Assembly (NCBI GenBank): GCA_964496645.1
Contig: CAZCAJ010000023.1
Span: forward strand, 1 to 54,934
DNA: 54,934 nucleotides
Reading direction: 5' to 3'
Origin: an uncultured Opitutaceae bacterium
GTDB taxonomy: Bacteria > Verrucomicrobiota > Verrucomicrobiia > Opitutales > Opitutaceae
Below are positions 17,347 to 26,483 of the stretch, one piece after another; position 1 is the first letter of the stretch; each line of letters opens with the position of its first letter. Position numbers and translations under genes: made by a program. A model generated the notes under the pieces. The model saw only the letters and a program-made list of their open reading frames with translations. It was not told the DNA's origin and made no database searches.

Positions 17347-18837
17347 ATGAGCGAGATCCCCGCCGAAATCACCCACGACCAGCACGCCGTGCGCCGGCGC
17401 AAGCTCGCCGAGATGCGGGCAGCGGGCGTGGACCCCTTCAGGACCGACTTTGAGCCGACCCATTTCTCGGGCGAGGCGCTGGGGGCGTACGCGGAGGGCA
17501 GGGAAAACGAGGTGCCGGTGGCGGTCGCGGGCCGGCTCGTGACGATCCGCGACATGGGCAAGAGCCAGTTTGCCAAGATCCTGGACCAGCAGGGCGAGAT
17601 CCAGCTCTACGTGAGGAAGGACGTCGTGGGCGACGACGCCTACGCCGACTTCAGGAAGCTCGACCTGGGCGACATCATCGGGGCGAAGGGGACGCTCTTC
17701 AGGACGAAGAGCGGCGAGGTGACCGTCCGGGTCGCCTCTTGCGCCCTCCTCGCCAAGGCTCTCCGGCCGCTCCCCGAGAAGTGGCACGGGCTGGCCGACC
17801 CCGAGCAGGTCTACCGCCAGCGCTACCTCGACCTGGTCGTGAACAGGGAGTCGCGCCGCCGGCTGCTTCTGCGCTCGAGGATCGTGTCGTCGATCCGGCG
17901 CTTCCTGGAGGCGCGGCAGTTCATCGAGGTCGAGACGCCCGTCTTCCAGACCGTCGCGGGCGGCGCCGCGGCCAAGCCGTTCTCCACCCACCACAACGCG
18001 CTCGGCGTGGACTTCTTCCTGCGGATCTCGCTGGAGCTCTACCTGAAGAGGATGCTCGTGGCGGGCGTCGACCGCGTCTTCGAGATCGGGCGGATCTTCC
18101 GCAACGAGGGCATCTCGCGCAAGCACAACCCCGAGTTCACCATGCTCGAGGTCTACCAGGCCTATAGCAGCCACCGGGGCATGATGACGCTCGCGAGGGA
18201 CATGATCTCGACCGTGTGCAGGGAGGTGCTCGGCACCGACAAGGTCCCTCACCCGGCCAGCGGCCAGACGATAGACTTCGCCGCCCCTTGGCGCGAGGTG
18301 GCCTACAAGGACCTCGTGCGAGCCGAGACGGGCGACCAGGAATGGTTCACCAGGGGCAAGGCCGAGCACGTCGCTGCGGCGGAGCGCCTTGGCCTGAAGG
18401 TCGAGGCGGGCTGGGAGGACTTCGAGGTCACGAACGAGATCTTCTCCAAGCGGATCGAGCCCGGCCTCGTCCAGCCGACGTTCGTCCTCAACCTGCCGAG
18501 GGAGCTCAACCCGCTCGCGAAGATCAGCCGCGAGGATCCGTCGACCCTGGACGTGTTCGAGCTGTGCATAGGCGGCATGGAGATCGCCCCCGCCTACTCC
18601 GAGCAGAACGACCCCGACGTCCAGCGAGAGATGTTCGAGAGGCAGGCCGGGGGCGAGCCCCAGAGCATCGACCACGACTTCCTGTTCGCGCTCGAACACG
18701 GCATGCCGCCCGCGGGGGGGATGGGCGTGGGGATCGACCGGCTCTGCATGCTGCTGACGGGCGCCGAGAGCATCCGGGACGTCATCCTCTTCCCGCAGCT
18801 TCGCCCCGCGGATGCGAAGCCCGCCGGCGGCGCCTGA
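17347..18837 (+). CDS. lysS: Lysine--tRNA ligase (class II)
   Basis: 496 aa; N-terminal OB anticodon-binding domain; class II motifs FRNEG and GGMGVGIDRL. Confidence 0.93.
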   Translation: MSEIPAEITHDQHAVRRRKLAEMRAAGVDPFRTDFEPTHFSGEALGAYAEGRENEVPVAVAGRLVTIRDMGKSQFAKILDQQGEIQLYVRKDVVGDDAYADFRKLDLGDIIGAKGTLFRTKSGEVTVRVASCALLAKALRPLPEKWHGLADPEQVYRQRYLDLVVNRESRRRLLLRSRIVSSIRRFLEARQFIEVETPVFQTVAGGAAAKPFSTHHNALGVDFFLRISLELYLKRMLVAGVDRVFEIGRIFRNEGISRKHNPEFTMLEVYQAYSSHRGMMTLARDMISTVCREVLGTDKVPHPASGQTIDFAAPWREVAYKDLVRAETGDQEWFTRGKAEHVAAAERLGLKVEAGWEDFEVTNEIFSKRIEPGLVQPTFVLNLPRELNPLAKISREDPSTLDVFELCIGGMEIAPAYSEQNDPDVQREMFERQAGGEPQSIDHDFLFALEHGMPPAGGMGVGIDRLCMLLTGAESIRDVILFPQLRPADAKPAGGA

Positions 18838-18841
18838 TTCC

Positions 18842-20071
18842 GTGCCCTGGTACCTCCACCTCGCCCTGAGGCAGCTCTTCCCGACGGGACGGTGGTTCCC
18901 GTTCTTCACCCTCATCTCGACGCTGGGCGTGGCGCTCGGGGTCGCCCTCCTCGTCATCGTCATGAGCGTCATGGGCGGGTTCGCGCACGAGATCCGCCAC
19001 ATGATCGTGGACACCGAGGGGGAGGTGCAGATCGTCGCCCGGGGCTGGATCGCGGACTACCCCTCGGTGATCAGAAAGGTCGAGTCTGTGCCGGGGGTGT
19101 CCGCGGCGACGCCCTACGCGCGCGACGCGGTGATGATCAAGTTCGGCGACAAGAGCGCATTCCCGATGCTGCGCGGCCTCGACCTCTCGAGCGTCGAGCG
19201 CGTCACGCGCCTCGCCGGCTACGTCCGCATCGGCTCCCTGGACGACCTCGACGACGACTCCATCATCCTGAGCGCCCAGCTCGCCGCCAGCATCGGGGCC
19301 AGCGTCGGGGACACGGTCGAGGTCTACTCGCCGCTCATCATCAACAAGCTGAGCGCGGACGAGGTCTTCCTGCCGAGGCAGGTCAGGGTCGTAGGGATCC
19401 TGGAGATCGGCCACCAGCAGCTCGACAGCAGCACGGTCTACGGGACCCTCCGGCTCGCCCAGGACCTGTACGGGCTGGGCTCGACGGTCCACGGGATAGA
19501 CGTCCGCCTCGACCCCGGCGTGCGCGAGGACGAGGCGGCGGCCCGGATAAACGCCGTGCTGCCCGAGGACGTGCGGGCGTTCTCCTGGGAGGAGAGCTTC
19601 TCCGAGTTCCTGTGGGTCCTGAACCTCGAGCGCGGGATGATATTCTTCCTGCTCCTCTTCATCGTGATCGTGGCGGCCTTCTCGGTCACAAGCTCGCTGC
19701 TCATCTCGGTCGTGCGCAAGACGCGGGAGATCGGCCTCCTTGGCGCCCTCGGGGGCAGGGCGGTCCACGTCGCGGCGTGCTTCTGCGCGCAGGGCCTGCT
19801 CATCGGCGTCATGGGGACGGCCGTCGGCCTCGCGATCGGCTTCACGGCGCTGGCGTTCCGCAACGACGTGGTCCTCTGGATCGCCAAGGCCACCCGGCAC
19901 GAGGAGGTCCTGACCCGCTTCTACCAGGTCAACAGCCTCCCGTCGTACACCTCCGGGTCGACCGTCGCGCTCATCATCGTGCTGACCGTCGCGATCTCGA
20001 CCCTGGCCGGGCTCCTGCCGGCCTGGAAGGCCGCGAGCCTGAGGCCCGTGGAGGCGCTCCGCAGTGAGTGA
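18842..20071 (+). CDS. lolE: Lipoprotein-releasing system transmembrane protein LolC/E (FtsX-like ABC permease)
   Basis: About 410 aa; MacB-like periplasmic domain between TM1 and TM2; 3 TM helices in the C-terminal FtsX domain. Start uncertain: GTG at 18842 (just after the lysS stop) or the upstream ATG at 18812. Confidence 0.8.
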   Translation: MPWYLHLALRQLFPTGRWFPFFTLISTLGVALGVALLVIVMSVMGGFAHEIRHMIVDTEGEVQIVARGWIADYPSVIRKVESVPGVSAATPYARDAVMIKFGDKSAFPMLRGLDLSSVERVTRLAGYVRIGSLDDLDDDSIILSAQLAASIGASVGDTVEVYSPLIINKLSADEVFLPRQVRVVGILEIGHQQLDSSTVYGTLRLAQDLYGLGSTVHGIDVRLDPGVREDEAAARINAVLPEDVRAFSWEESFSEFLWVLNLERGMIFFLLLFIVIVAAFSVTSSLLISVVRKTREIGLLGALGGRAVHVAACFCAQGLLIGVMGTAVGLAIGFTALAFRNDVVLWIAKATRHEEVLTRFYQVNSLPSYTSGSTVALIIVLTVAISTLAGLLPAWKAASLRPVEALRSE

Positions 20072-20735
20072 CACCGTCCTCGGCGCCCGCGCCATCCGAA
20101 AGAGCTTCCCGAGCGGCGACACGCGCCTCGATGTGCTGCGCGGCGTCGACCTGGAGGTCGCGGCGGGCGAAAGCGTCAGCATCCGCGGGGAATCGGGCTC
20201 GGGCAAGTCGACGCTCCTGAACCTCCTCGCGGGCCTCGACGCGCCGGACTCCGGCACGATCACCTGGGCGGGGTCGCGGGACACCGGCGCGAGGCGCAGG
20301 GCCGCCTACCTTGGGATGGTCTTCCAGTCGTTCTACCTCGTGCCGGAGCTCGACGCCTTCGCCAACGTGCTCCTGGCGCGGCGCATACTCGGGGGCGTCG
20401 ACGGGGCCGCGCGCGCCCGGGCGCGGGAGCTCCTGGGGCGGGTCGGCCTCGCCGAGCGCGCCCACCACCTGCCGTCCCACCTCTCCGGCGGCGAGAGGCA
20501 GCGCGTCGCGCTCGCCCGGGCCCTCATGAACTCCCCCAGGCTCATCCTGGCGGACGAGCCCACCGGGAACCTCGACGAGAAGACCGGCGGCGCCGTGGTC
20601 GAGCTGCTGCTCGGGCTCTGCCTGTCCGCCGGCGCGGCCCTTGTCCTCGTGACCCACAACGCCGCCCACGCCTCCAGGACCCGGCGCGCGCTGGTGCTCC
20701 ACTCCGGGGTGCTGGGCCCCTCCCTTACAGGCTGA
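20064..20735 (+). CDS. lolD: Lipoprotein-releasing system ATP-binding protein LolD
   Basis: GTG start overlapping the lolE stop; Walker A GESGSGKST, signature [15 protein letters not shown], Walker B LILADEPTGNLD. Confidence 0.88.
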   Translation: MSDTVLGARAIRKSFPSGDTRLDVLRGVDLEVAAGESVSIRGESGSGKSTLLNLLAGLDAPDSGTITWAGSRDTGARRRAAYLGMVFQSFYLVPELDAFANVLLARRILGGVDGAARARARELLGRVGLAERAHHLPSHLSGGERQRVALARALMNSPRLILADEPTGNLDEKTGGAVVELLLGLCLSAGAALVLVTHNAAHASRTRRALVLHSGVLGPSLTG

Positions 20736-21651
20736 GCGGGATGACCGCGCTGCCGGGCACCAGGGCGCCGTCCTTGACGGGCGGCAGGAAGAGCCAGCCC
20801 GAGAAGCCCTTGTTGAGGGCGTCGGCGAGGTCGAGGTCGCTCAGGCCGACCGGCCTGGCCCAGAGCACGTGGCCGTCGGTGCCGACCCGGATCTCGACCT
20901 TGACGGTGGTCCCGTGGTACTTGGCCTTCACGGCGTCGGGAAGGCTGAAGTGCAACTGGCGGAAGGCCCCGAGCGGCGCGTCCGCGGCCTTCTCAAGCCG
21001 CTCGGCAATCTTCCTCTTAAGCGCGGCAGTCTCTATCTGGTCGAAGTAGCCGGGCAGGATTTCGCCCATGCCCGTGCTCTTCACCTGCCTGCCGGCGTCG
21101 TACACGAGGAGGTGCCACCCCGAGGCCTCGTCCTCACCGAACTTCGGGAGCCTCGCGCTGAAGCTCTTCTCCTTTCCCGCCGTCAGGTCGCCGATCTTCC
21201 GCGCCATGACCGCGAGCGTCTGCTGCGCGTTCGGGTTCGGGTTGGGCGCGTAGGTGATCAGGAGCGCGTAGGCGTCCGGGATGTCGACGTTCGACGTCAG
21301 GTTGGCCTTCACGTCCACCTGGGTCGCCTTCAGCTCGTGCGAGGCGATGACGTCCGGGTCGGTCGTTGGCGGGACATCCGACGAGTAGAAATCGGTGACG
21401 GTGACGAACCCGTCCGCGTAGTGGTCGCCGACCGTCAGGAGGATGCCGGCGCCGGAGGTCAGGGGCACCGTGGTCCCGTCCGCGAAGATCACCGGGGCGT
21501 CGACCGTGGCCCCTACTACCGCCGTCCAATTGTCCTTATACTTGGTGATCGCCGAGGCGGGGCGGTCGGGCAACTGGGGCGCGGCGAAGGCCTGCGCGCC
21601 GATTGAAATCGAGACGACTGGGAGCAGAGCGAGGAGGCTTGGGTGTTTCAT
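20725..21651 (-). CDS. Secreted protein of unknown function with a C-terminal TonB-C-like domain
   Basis: Signal peptide MKHPSLLALLPVVSISIGAQAFA. The last about 80 aa (TTVKVEIRVGTDGHVLWARPVGLS...VKDGALVPGSAVIPLSL) resemble a TonB C-terminal/energy-transducer fold. Confidence 0.55.
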   Translation of the reverse strand: MKHPSLLALLPVVSISIGAQAFAAPQLPDRPASAITKYKDNWTAVVGATVDAPVIFADGTTVPLTSGAGILLTVGDHYADGFVTVTDFYSSDVPPTTDPDVIASHELKATQVDVKANLTSNVDIPDAYALLITYAPNPNPNAQQTLAVMARKIGDLTAGKEKSFSARLPKFGEDEASGWHLLVYDAGRQVKSTGMGEILPGYFDQIETAALKRKIAERLEKAADAPLGAFRQLHFSLPDAVKAKYHGTTVKVEIRVGTDGHVLWARPVGLSDLDLADALNKGFSGWLFLPPVKDGALVPGSAVIPLSL

Positions 21652-21779
21652 GGTCGGGAATCTCCTGAAAGGGGCGGGGGCGGCCCTCCGGCGCTTCCAG
21701 AACGTAGCGAATGCGCCGCCCAAAGGCGATTTTTCTTTGCGGCTCGCCCCGGGGTCGGCGGCCGTTACGGTTTGTCCCC

Positions 21780-22757
21780 ATGCCCGCCCCAAGAATCCGC
21801 TGCGGCGTCGCAGGAGTAGGCTCCCTGGGACAGCACCATGCCCGGATCTACGCCTCGCTTGCCGGCGCCGAGCTCGCCGGGGTCTTCGACACGTCGGAGG
21901 CGCGCGCGGCAGAGGTCTGCGCAAGGCTCGGCTGCCGGCGCTTCGCCTCGCTCGACGAGCTCGGAGCCTCGTGCGAGGCCATCTCGGTCGTCGTCCCGAC
22001 CGACAGGCACGCCGAGGTGGCGGTCCCGCTACTGGCGCGCGGCTGCCACCTTCTCATCGAGAAGCCGCTCTGCGCGTCGCTCGAGGAGGCCGAGCGCGTT
22101 CTGGCCGCCGCGAAGGCCGGCGGGTGCCTGGTCCAGGTGGGCCACGTCGAGCACTTCAACCCGGTCATGGCCTTCCTCGAGAAGGAGGCGGACAGGCCCC
22201 AGTACATCACGGCGGAGAGGCTCGCCCCCTACCAGGTCCGCGGAACCGAGGTCGGGGTCGTCCTCGACCTGATGATCCACGACATCGGGATCGTCCTGGC
22301 GCTGGTGAAGTCGCCGATAGCGCGGATCGACAGCGTGGGGATCAACCTGCTCTCGAGGACCGAGGACATCGCCAACGCGCGGATCCAGTTCGAGAACGGA
22401 TGCGTCGCCAACCTGAGCGCAAGCCGGATGAGCCTGAAGAAGGCGCGAGAGATCAGGATCTTCCAGGACAACGCCTACCTTTCGCTGGACTTCATGAACC
22501 AGTCGGGGCACCTCGTGCGAAAGAGCGACATCATCGCGTACGGGCTCAAGATGAAGGTGGGCCTGGTCAAGACCGGCGACATGAGCTCGATCCCGGTCCA
22601 CGAGATACCGATCGAGAAGGGCGAGCCGCTCACGTTCGAGCTGGCCCACTTTGTCGAGAGCGTGGCCCGCTCGAGGCAGCCCAAGGTCGGGGCGGCCCTC
22701 GGCAAGAGCGCCCTCGAGGTGGCGATAGCCATAACCGAGCAGATCGCCAGGAGATGA
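21780..22757 (+). CDS. Gfo/Idh/MocA-family NAD(P)-dependent oxidoreductase (candidate UDP-GlcNAc 3-dehydrogenase GnnA-like)
   Basis: N-terminal Rossmann motif GVAGVGSLGQHH; EKPL motif; its stop overlaps the lpxB ATG (ATGA). Confidence 0.8.
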   Translation: MPAPRIRCGVAGVGSLGQHHARIYASLAGAELAGVFDTSEARAAEVCARLGCRRFASLDELGASCEAISVVVPTDRHAEVAVPLLARGCHLLIEKPLCASLEEAERVLAAAKAGGCLVQVGHVEHFNPVMAFLEKEADRPQYITAERLAPYQVRGTEVGVVLDLMIHDIGIVLALVKSPIARIDSVGINLLSRTEDIANARIQFENGCVANLSASRMSLKKAREIRIFQDNAYLSLDFMNQSGHLVRKSDIIAYGLKMKVGLVKTGDMSSIPVHEIPIEKGEPLTFELAHFVESVARSRQPKVGAALGKSALEVAIAITEQIARR

Positions 22758-23905
22758 CGGGCCCCCCCCCTTTCCGGCTCCCTGCGCCGCTGGGCGGCGC
22801 GACCGACCTCCTCGTGGTGGCGGGCGAGCATTCCGGGGACGAACACGCGGCCAGGATGGTGGCCGGGCTGCTGGCCCGCCGGCCCGGCGTGCGCGTGGCC
22901 GCTCTGGGCGGCCCCCGCCTCGCCGCGGCGGGGGCGCAGCTCCTCCACGACCGGACGGAGCTGTCGATAGTTGGCTTCGGTGAGGTGCTCCGGAACCTCT
23001 CCTACTTCCGGGCCCTCATGGACGAGACGGTCCGCTGGATAGGGCGCCACCGCCCGTCCGCGGTCTGCTTCGTCGACAACTCGGGGGTGAACCTGAGGCT
23101 CGCGGAGGCCCTCCGGCTGCGCGGCTTCAGCGCGAAGGGCGGCGGGAGCGTCCGCACGCTCTACTACATCGGCCCCCAGATCTGGGCCTCAAGGGCGGGC
23201 AGGCGCTTCACGATGGCCCGCAACCTGGACGCCCTTGCCGTCATATTCCCGTTTGAGACCGGGTGCTACGAGGGCACCGGGCTCGGCGTCGAGTTCGTCG
23301 GCCATCCGTTCACGGCGCCGGACTACCGCGCGCCGGTGCGCCATGACCCGGACGGCCCGGTGCTGCTTCTGCCCGGAAGCCGCGCCGGGGCCGTTTCCCG
23401 CATCTTCCCGGCGCTCCTCGCCGGCTACCGGGCGTTCGCCGGCGGCGGGCCCGGCAGGGGCGCCGTGGTCCTTTACCCGAGTGCCGCCATCCACGCGCAG
23501 CTGGAGGCCGCTGCGCTGCCGGACGGGGTCCGGCTCCAGCAGGCCGGGGCGCCCGTCGCCGCGAGCGCCGTCCTCACAAGCAGCGGGACGATGTCGATGC
23601 ACTGCGCCCTGGCGGGGATTCCCGGGGCGATAGCCTACCGCACCGACCCGTTCACCTACCTCGCGGGCCGCTGGCTTGTGCGGGTGCCCTTCCTCGGGAT
23701 CGCCAACATCCTGCTGGATGAGCCGATGTACCCGGAGTACATCCAGGGCGCGGCCTCGGCCTCCGCCCTTGCGCGGGAGCTCGCCTCCTGCCTGGGCGAC
23801 CGGGCCCGCCGGGCCCGCACGCAGGCCCAGTCAGCCCGCCTGAGGGCGATGCTCGCGCACCGGGGCGACACCGAGGCGGACTGGCTCTCCCGGATGCTTC
23901 CCTGA
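22754..23905 (+). CDS. lpxB: Lipid-A-disaccharide synthase
   Basis: 383 aa GT19 protein; N-terminal LLVVAGEHSGDEHAARMVAGL and the conserved SGTMSMHCALAGIP region. Confidence 0.88.
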   Translation: MTGPPPFRLPAPLGGATDLLVVAGEHSGDEHAARMVAGLLARRPGVRVAALGGPRLAAAGAQLLHDRTELSIVGFGEVLRNLSYFRALMDETVRWIGRHRPSAVCFVDNSGVNLRLAEALRLRGFSAKGGGSVRTLYYIGPQIWASRAGRRFTMARNLDALAVIFPFETGCYEGTGLGVEFVGHPFTAPDYRAPVRHDPDGPVLLLPGSRAGAVSRIFPALLAGYRAFAGGGPGRGAVVLYPSAAIHAQLEAAALPDGVRLQQAGAPVAASAVLTSSGTMSMHCALAGIPGAIAYRTDPFTYLAGRWLVRVPFLGIANILLDEPMYPEYIQGAASASALARELASCLGDRARRARTQAQSARLRAMLAHRGDTEADWLSRMLP

Positions 23906-23910
23906 CCGTG

Positions 23911-24999
23911 TCACATTGGCGCGGCCTGGCGCGAAGCCTCCGCGCTCTGCCCGGGCGGGCCCGCGGCGGCGACGGAGCGCAGCAGGGGCTCGACCTGCCT
24001 CCAGAGGCCGTCGGCGCGCTGACCGAGCATGGCCCTGCACCTGGCTATCTCCGCCTCGCGGGCGAACCGGTTTCGCTCCGCGATCCTCGCGAGGTCGTCA
24101 AGATTGTACAGGAACACGTTCTGCAGGTCCGCCGCCGACGCCTCGACGTCGCGCGGGATGGCCAGGTCGATGAGAAGGAGGGGTCGGGCGGGCCGCCTGC
24201 CCATCGCCTCGGCGATGGCGGAGGTCTCGAGCACCGCGCCCGGGGCCGCCGTCGAGCAGACGACGATGTCGTAGTCGGAGAGGCGCGAGCGGCGCTCGTC
24301 AAAATCCACCATTCCCGCCCCCAGGCCGCCGGCGACCTCGGTCGCCCGCTCCCTGTTGCGGCCCGCTACCGCGAGGTGCGCGGCACCCCGGCTCATGAAG
24401 GCCCGCGCCGTCCCCTCGCCGATCTCGCCCGTCCCGAGGACGAGGACCCTTGCGCCCGCAAGGTCGCCGAAAATGTTGGAAGCCAGCTCGACGGCCACGT
24501 TCGAGACGCTCACGCGCCCGGCCGATATCCCGGTGTGGGTGCGCACGTGCTTGGCCGCCTGGAACGCCTTCTGGAAGACTCGGTTTAGCACCGAGCCGGT
24601 TGAGCCGCGGGCCTTGGCCGCGGCGTAGGCCTCCTTCACCTGGCCGAAGATCTCGTTCTCGCCCAGCAGCTGGGAGTCGAGCCCGCTGGCGACCTCAAAG
24701 AGGTGGAGCGCCGCGTCGCGACCCGCGTGCCTGTGCCGTATGCGCTCGAATTCCGCGGCGTCGAACCGCTGGCGCGCACAGTACGCCGCCTTCACCAACT
24801 CCTCCGTGTCCCCGCCAGCGCCCACCCCGTAGATCTCGACGCGGTTGCACGTGTTGAGCACCGCGAACTCACTGAGGCCGGGAACGGCGGCCAGGTCGGC
24901 CCGGAACCCGTCCTCGGAGACCAGAGCAAGCCTTTCCCTGACCTCGACCGGCGCCCTGTGGTGGGACGCGCCGATGACGAAAAGGCGGGGCTCGCTCAT
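23911..24999 (-). CDS. hemA: Glutamyl-tRNA reductase
   Basis: LNTCNRVEIY catalytic-Cys motif and the NADPH-binding GTGEIG motif; 362 aa. Confidence 0.92.
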   Translation of the reverse strand: MSEPRLFVIGASHHRAPVEVRERLALVSEDGFRADLAAVPGLSEFAVLNTCNRVEIYGVGAGGDTEELVKAAYCARQRFDAAEFERIRHRHAGRDAALHLFEVASGLDSQLLGENEIFGQVKEAYAAAKARGSTGSVLNRVFQKAFQAAKHVRTHTGISAGRVSVSNVAVELASNIFGDLAGARVLVLGTGEIGEGTARAFMSRGAAHLAVAGRNRERATEVAGGLGAGMVDFDERRSRLSDYDIVVCSTAAPGAVLETSAIAEAMGRRPARPLLLIDLAIPRDVEASAADLQNVFLYNLDDLARIAERNRFAREAEIARCRAMLGQRADGLWRQVEPLLRSVAAAGPPGQSAEASRQAAPM

Positions 25000-25844
25000 T
25001 GCGAGGTCCGCTCGGGGGCCGGCGCGGCCCCGGGGTGGCGGCTCCCCTCGACCGCCTCCAGGGAGAGGAGCGCCGCGGCGAACAGGGCCAGGCACGTCCA
25101 GGCGAACCTCCGGGCAAGCAGGCGCCCGGCGATCCTCATCCCGAGCGCCGCGGCGTACGCGATCCAGACGGCGACCGTCGACGCGAGCTTCAAATGGCCC
25201 ACCGTGGCGGTGTCCCGCGACCAGTACACCCAGCCGAAGCCGAGCGCGGCCGTGAGGATCGCCACCCCCGCCCCGAGGAGGCGCACCTCGATGTGGTCGA
25301 GGTCCATGATCGACGGAAGGAAATAGAACCAGCCTCCCAGGTTCTTGGACTTGAGCGAATAGTGGCGCATCAGGAACATGGCCGAGGCGAGAGCGAGCAG
25401 CCCGAAGACGCCGTAGCTGAACATCGCGAGGGCCGCGTGAAGCTCGATCCACGGGTTGCCGCCAAAGATGTGCGTCCGGCGGATGGCGTCCCAGGACGGG
25501 ATCGAGAGCGACACGAAGGTGAGGGCGGCGCCGAGGCACGACGTGAAGACCCCGAAGATGCTCGAGCGGAACGTTACGCCGACGACGAGGTAGAGGGTGA
25601 TGGCCGACCACGCGGTGAACTGGAAGATCTCGAACCGGTTGCCAAGAGGGCAGCCGCCCGTCGCGTGGCCGCGCATGCCCAGCCCGACGAACTGGAGGAG
25701 ATAGCCCAGGGCGATCGCCCCGTAGACGGTCGCGCCGGAGGTCCTCCCCCCGCGCAGAAGCGACACCGTGCCCAGGAGCACCCCTGCGGCGTACAGCGCC
25801 GCGGCGCCCCAGAGCCATTGCCGGTCGGACAGGTATGCGGTCAT
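24996..25844 (-). CDS. Cytochrome c assembly protein family membrane protein (CcsA/HemX-like) upstream of hemA
   Basis: 282 aa with 8 TM helices; ATGA overlap with hemA, the same arrangement as hemX-hemA in Firmicutes; Trp-rich segment GFGWVYWSRD. Confidence 0.75.
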   Translation of the reverse strand: MTAYLSDRQWLWGAAALYAAGVLLGTVSLLRGGRTSGATVYGAIALGYLLQFVGLGMRGHATGGCPLGNRFEIFQFTAWSAITLYLVVGVTFRSSIFGVFTSCLGAALTFVSLSIPSWDAIRRTHIFGGNPWIELHAALAMFSYGVFGLLALASAMFLMRHYSLKSKNLGGWFYFLPSIMDLDHIEVRLLGAGVAILTAALGFGWVYWSRDTATVGHLKLASTVAVWIAYAAALGMRIAGRLLARRFAWTCLALFAAALLSLEAVEGSRHPGAAPAPERTSQ

Positions 25845-25886
25845 TGACCGACGATGCTGCCGGGGCCGCGGCCGCGGGCAAGCCCG

Positions 25887-26396
25887 CTAGCGGCCGGCAG
25901 GCGACCAGGAGGACAGGAACGCAACGATCTTCGCGGGGCTGTGCGCCTGGCCCTCCTCGAGCTCGCCCGAGTCCTTCGTCGTGAGCTGCCGGCCGTCGGA
26001 GTCGAGGACGACAAGCACGGGGATCCCGTGCCCGGTCGGGTTGCCGTATCGCGCGACCACGTCCGCGTTGCGCTTCACGCCCCTGCGAGTGTTGACGTCG
26101 ACCATGACGACGACGAAGCCCCTGCCGAGGGCCCTTGAGACCGAGGGGTCGTTCTCAAAGGTCGAGTGGAGCCTCCTGCACCAGATGCACCAGTTCGCCC
26201 CGAAATCCACGATCACGCGCTTGTGCTCGGCCGCGGCGATGCCGACGGCGGCCGCGATCTGCGCCGAGCCGTCCGCGCGGACGTCGTAGATGTCGGGCCC
26301 CATCCTCGGGTACTCCGGATCGGCGCGAAGGGACGGCGCCGCCAGCGCGGCGAGCGCGGCCATCGCGGCCGGCACGATTCGGAGGAGCGGTCCCAT
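25887..26396 (-). CDS. Secreted thioredoxin-fold protein (TlpA/ResA-like thiol-disulfide oxidoreductase)
   Basis: Signal peptide; active site WCIWC (CxxC); 169 aa; adjacent to the ccsA-like gene. Confidence 0.75.
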   Translation of the reverse strand: MGPLLRIVPAAMAALAALAAPSLRADPEYPRMGPDIYDVRADGSAQIAAAVGIAAAEHKRVIVDFGANWCIWCRRLHSTFENDPSVSRALGRGFVVVMVDVNTRRGVKRNADVVARYGNPTGHGIPVLVVLDSDGRQLTTKDSGELEEGQAHSPAKIVAFLSSWSPAGR

Positions 26397-26483
26397 GGCG
26401 GTGAGGAGCAGGAGAATCGCCCAAAGGCGCCCCGCCGCAAGGCCGAATCCCGGGCGGGCTCCGCGGCCCCGGCGCCCGGCCCG

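Noticed and set aside
18892-20067. 391-aa ORF in an alternate frame of lolE, and 19974..20702 (minus strand) antisense to lolD
   Set aside because: Arg/Gly-rich artefacts. The lolE and lolD frames have ABC permease and ATPase motifs.
21443-23905. 820-aa track ORF spanning the oxidoreductase and lpxB
   Set aside because: It is the lpxB frame extended upstream through the oxidoreductase gene in a different frame (Arg/Pro-rich). The real lpxB starts at ATG 22754, overlapping the oxidoreductase stop.
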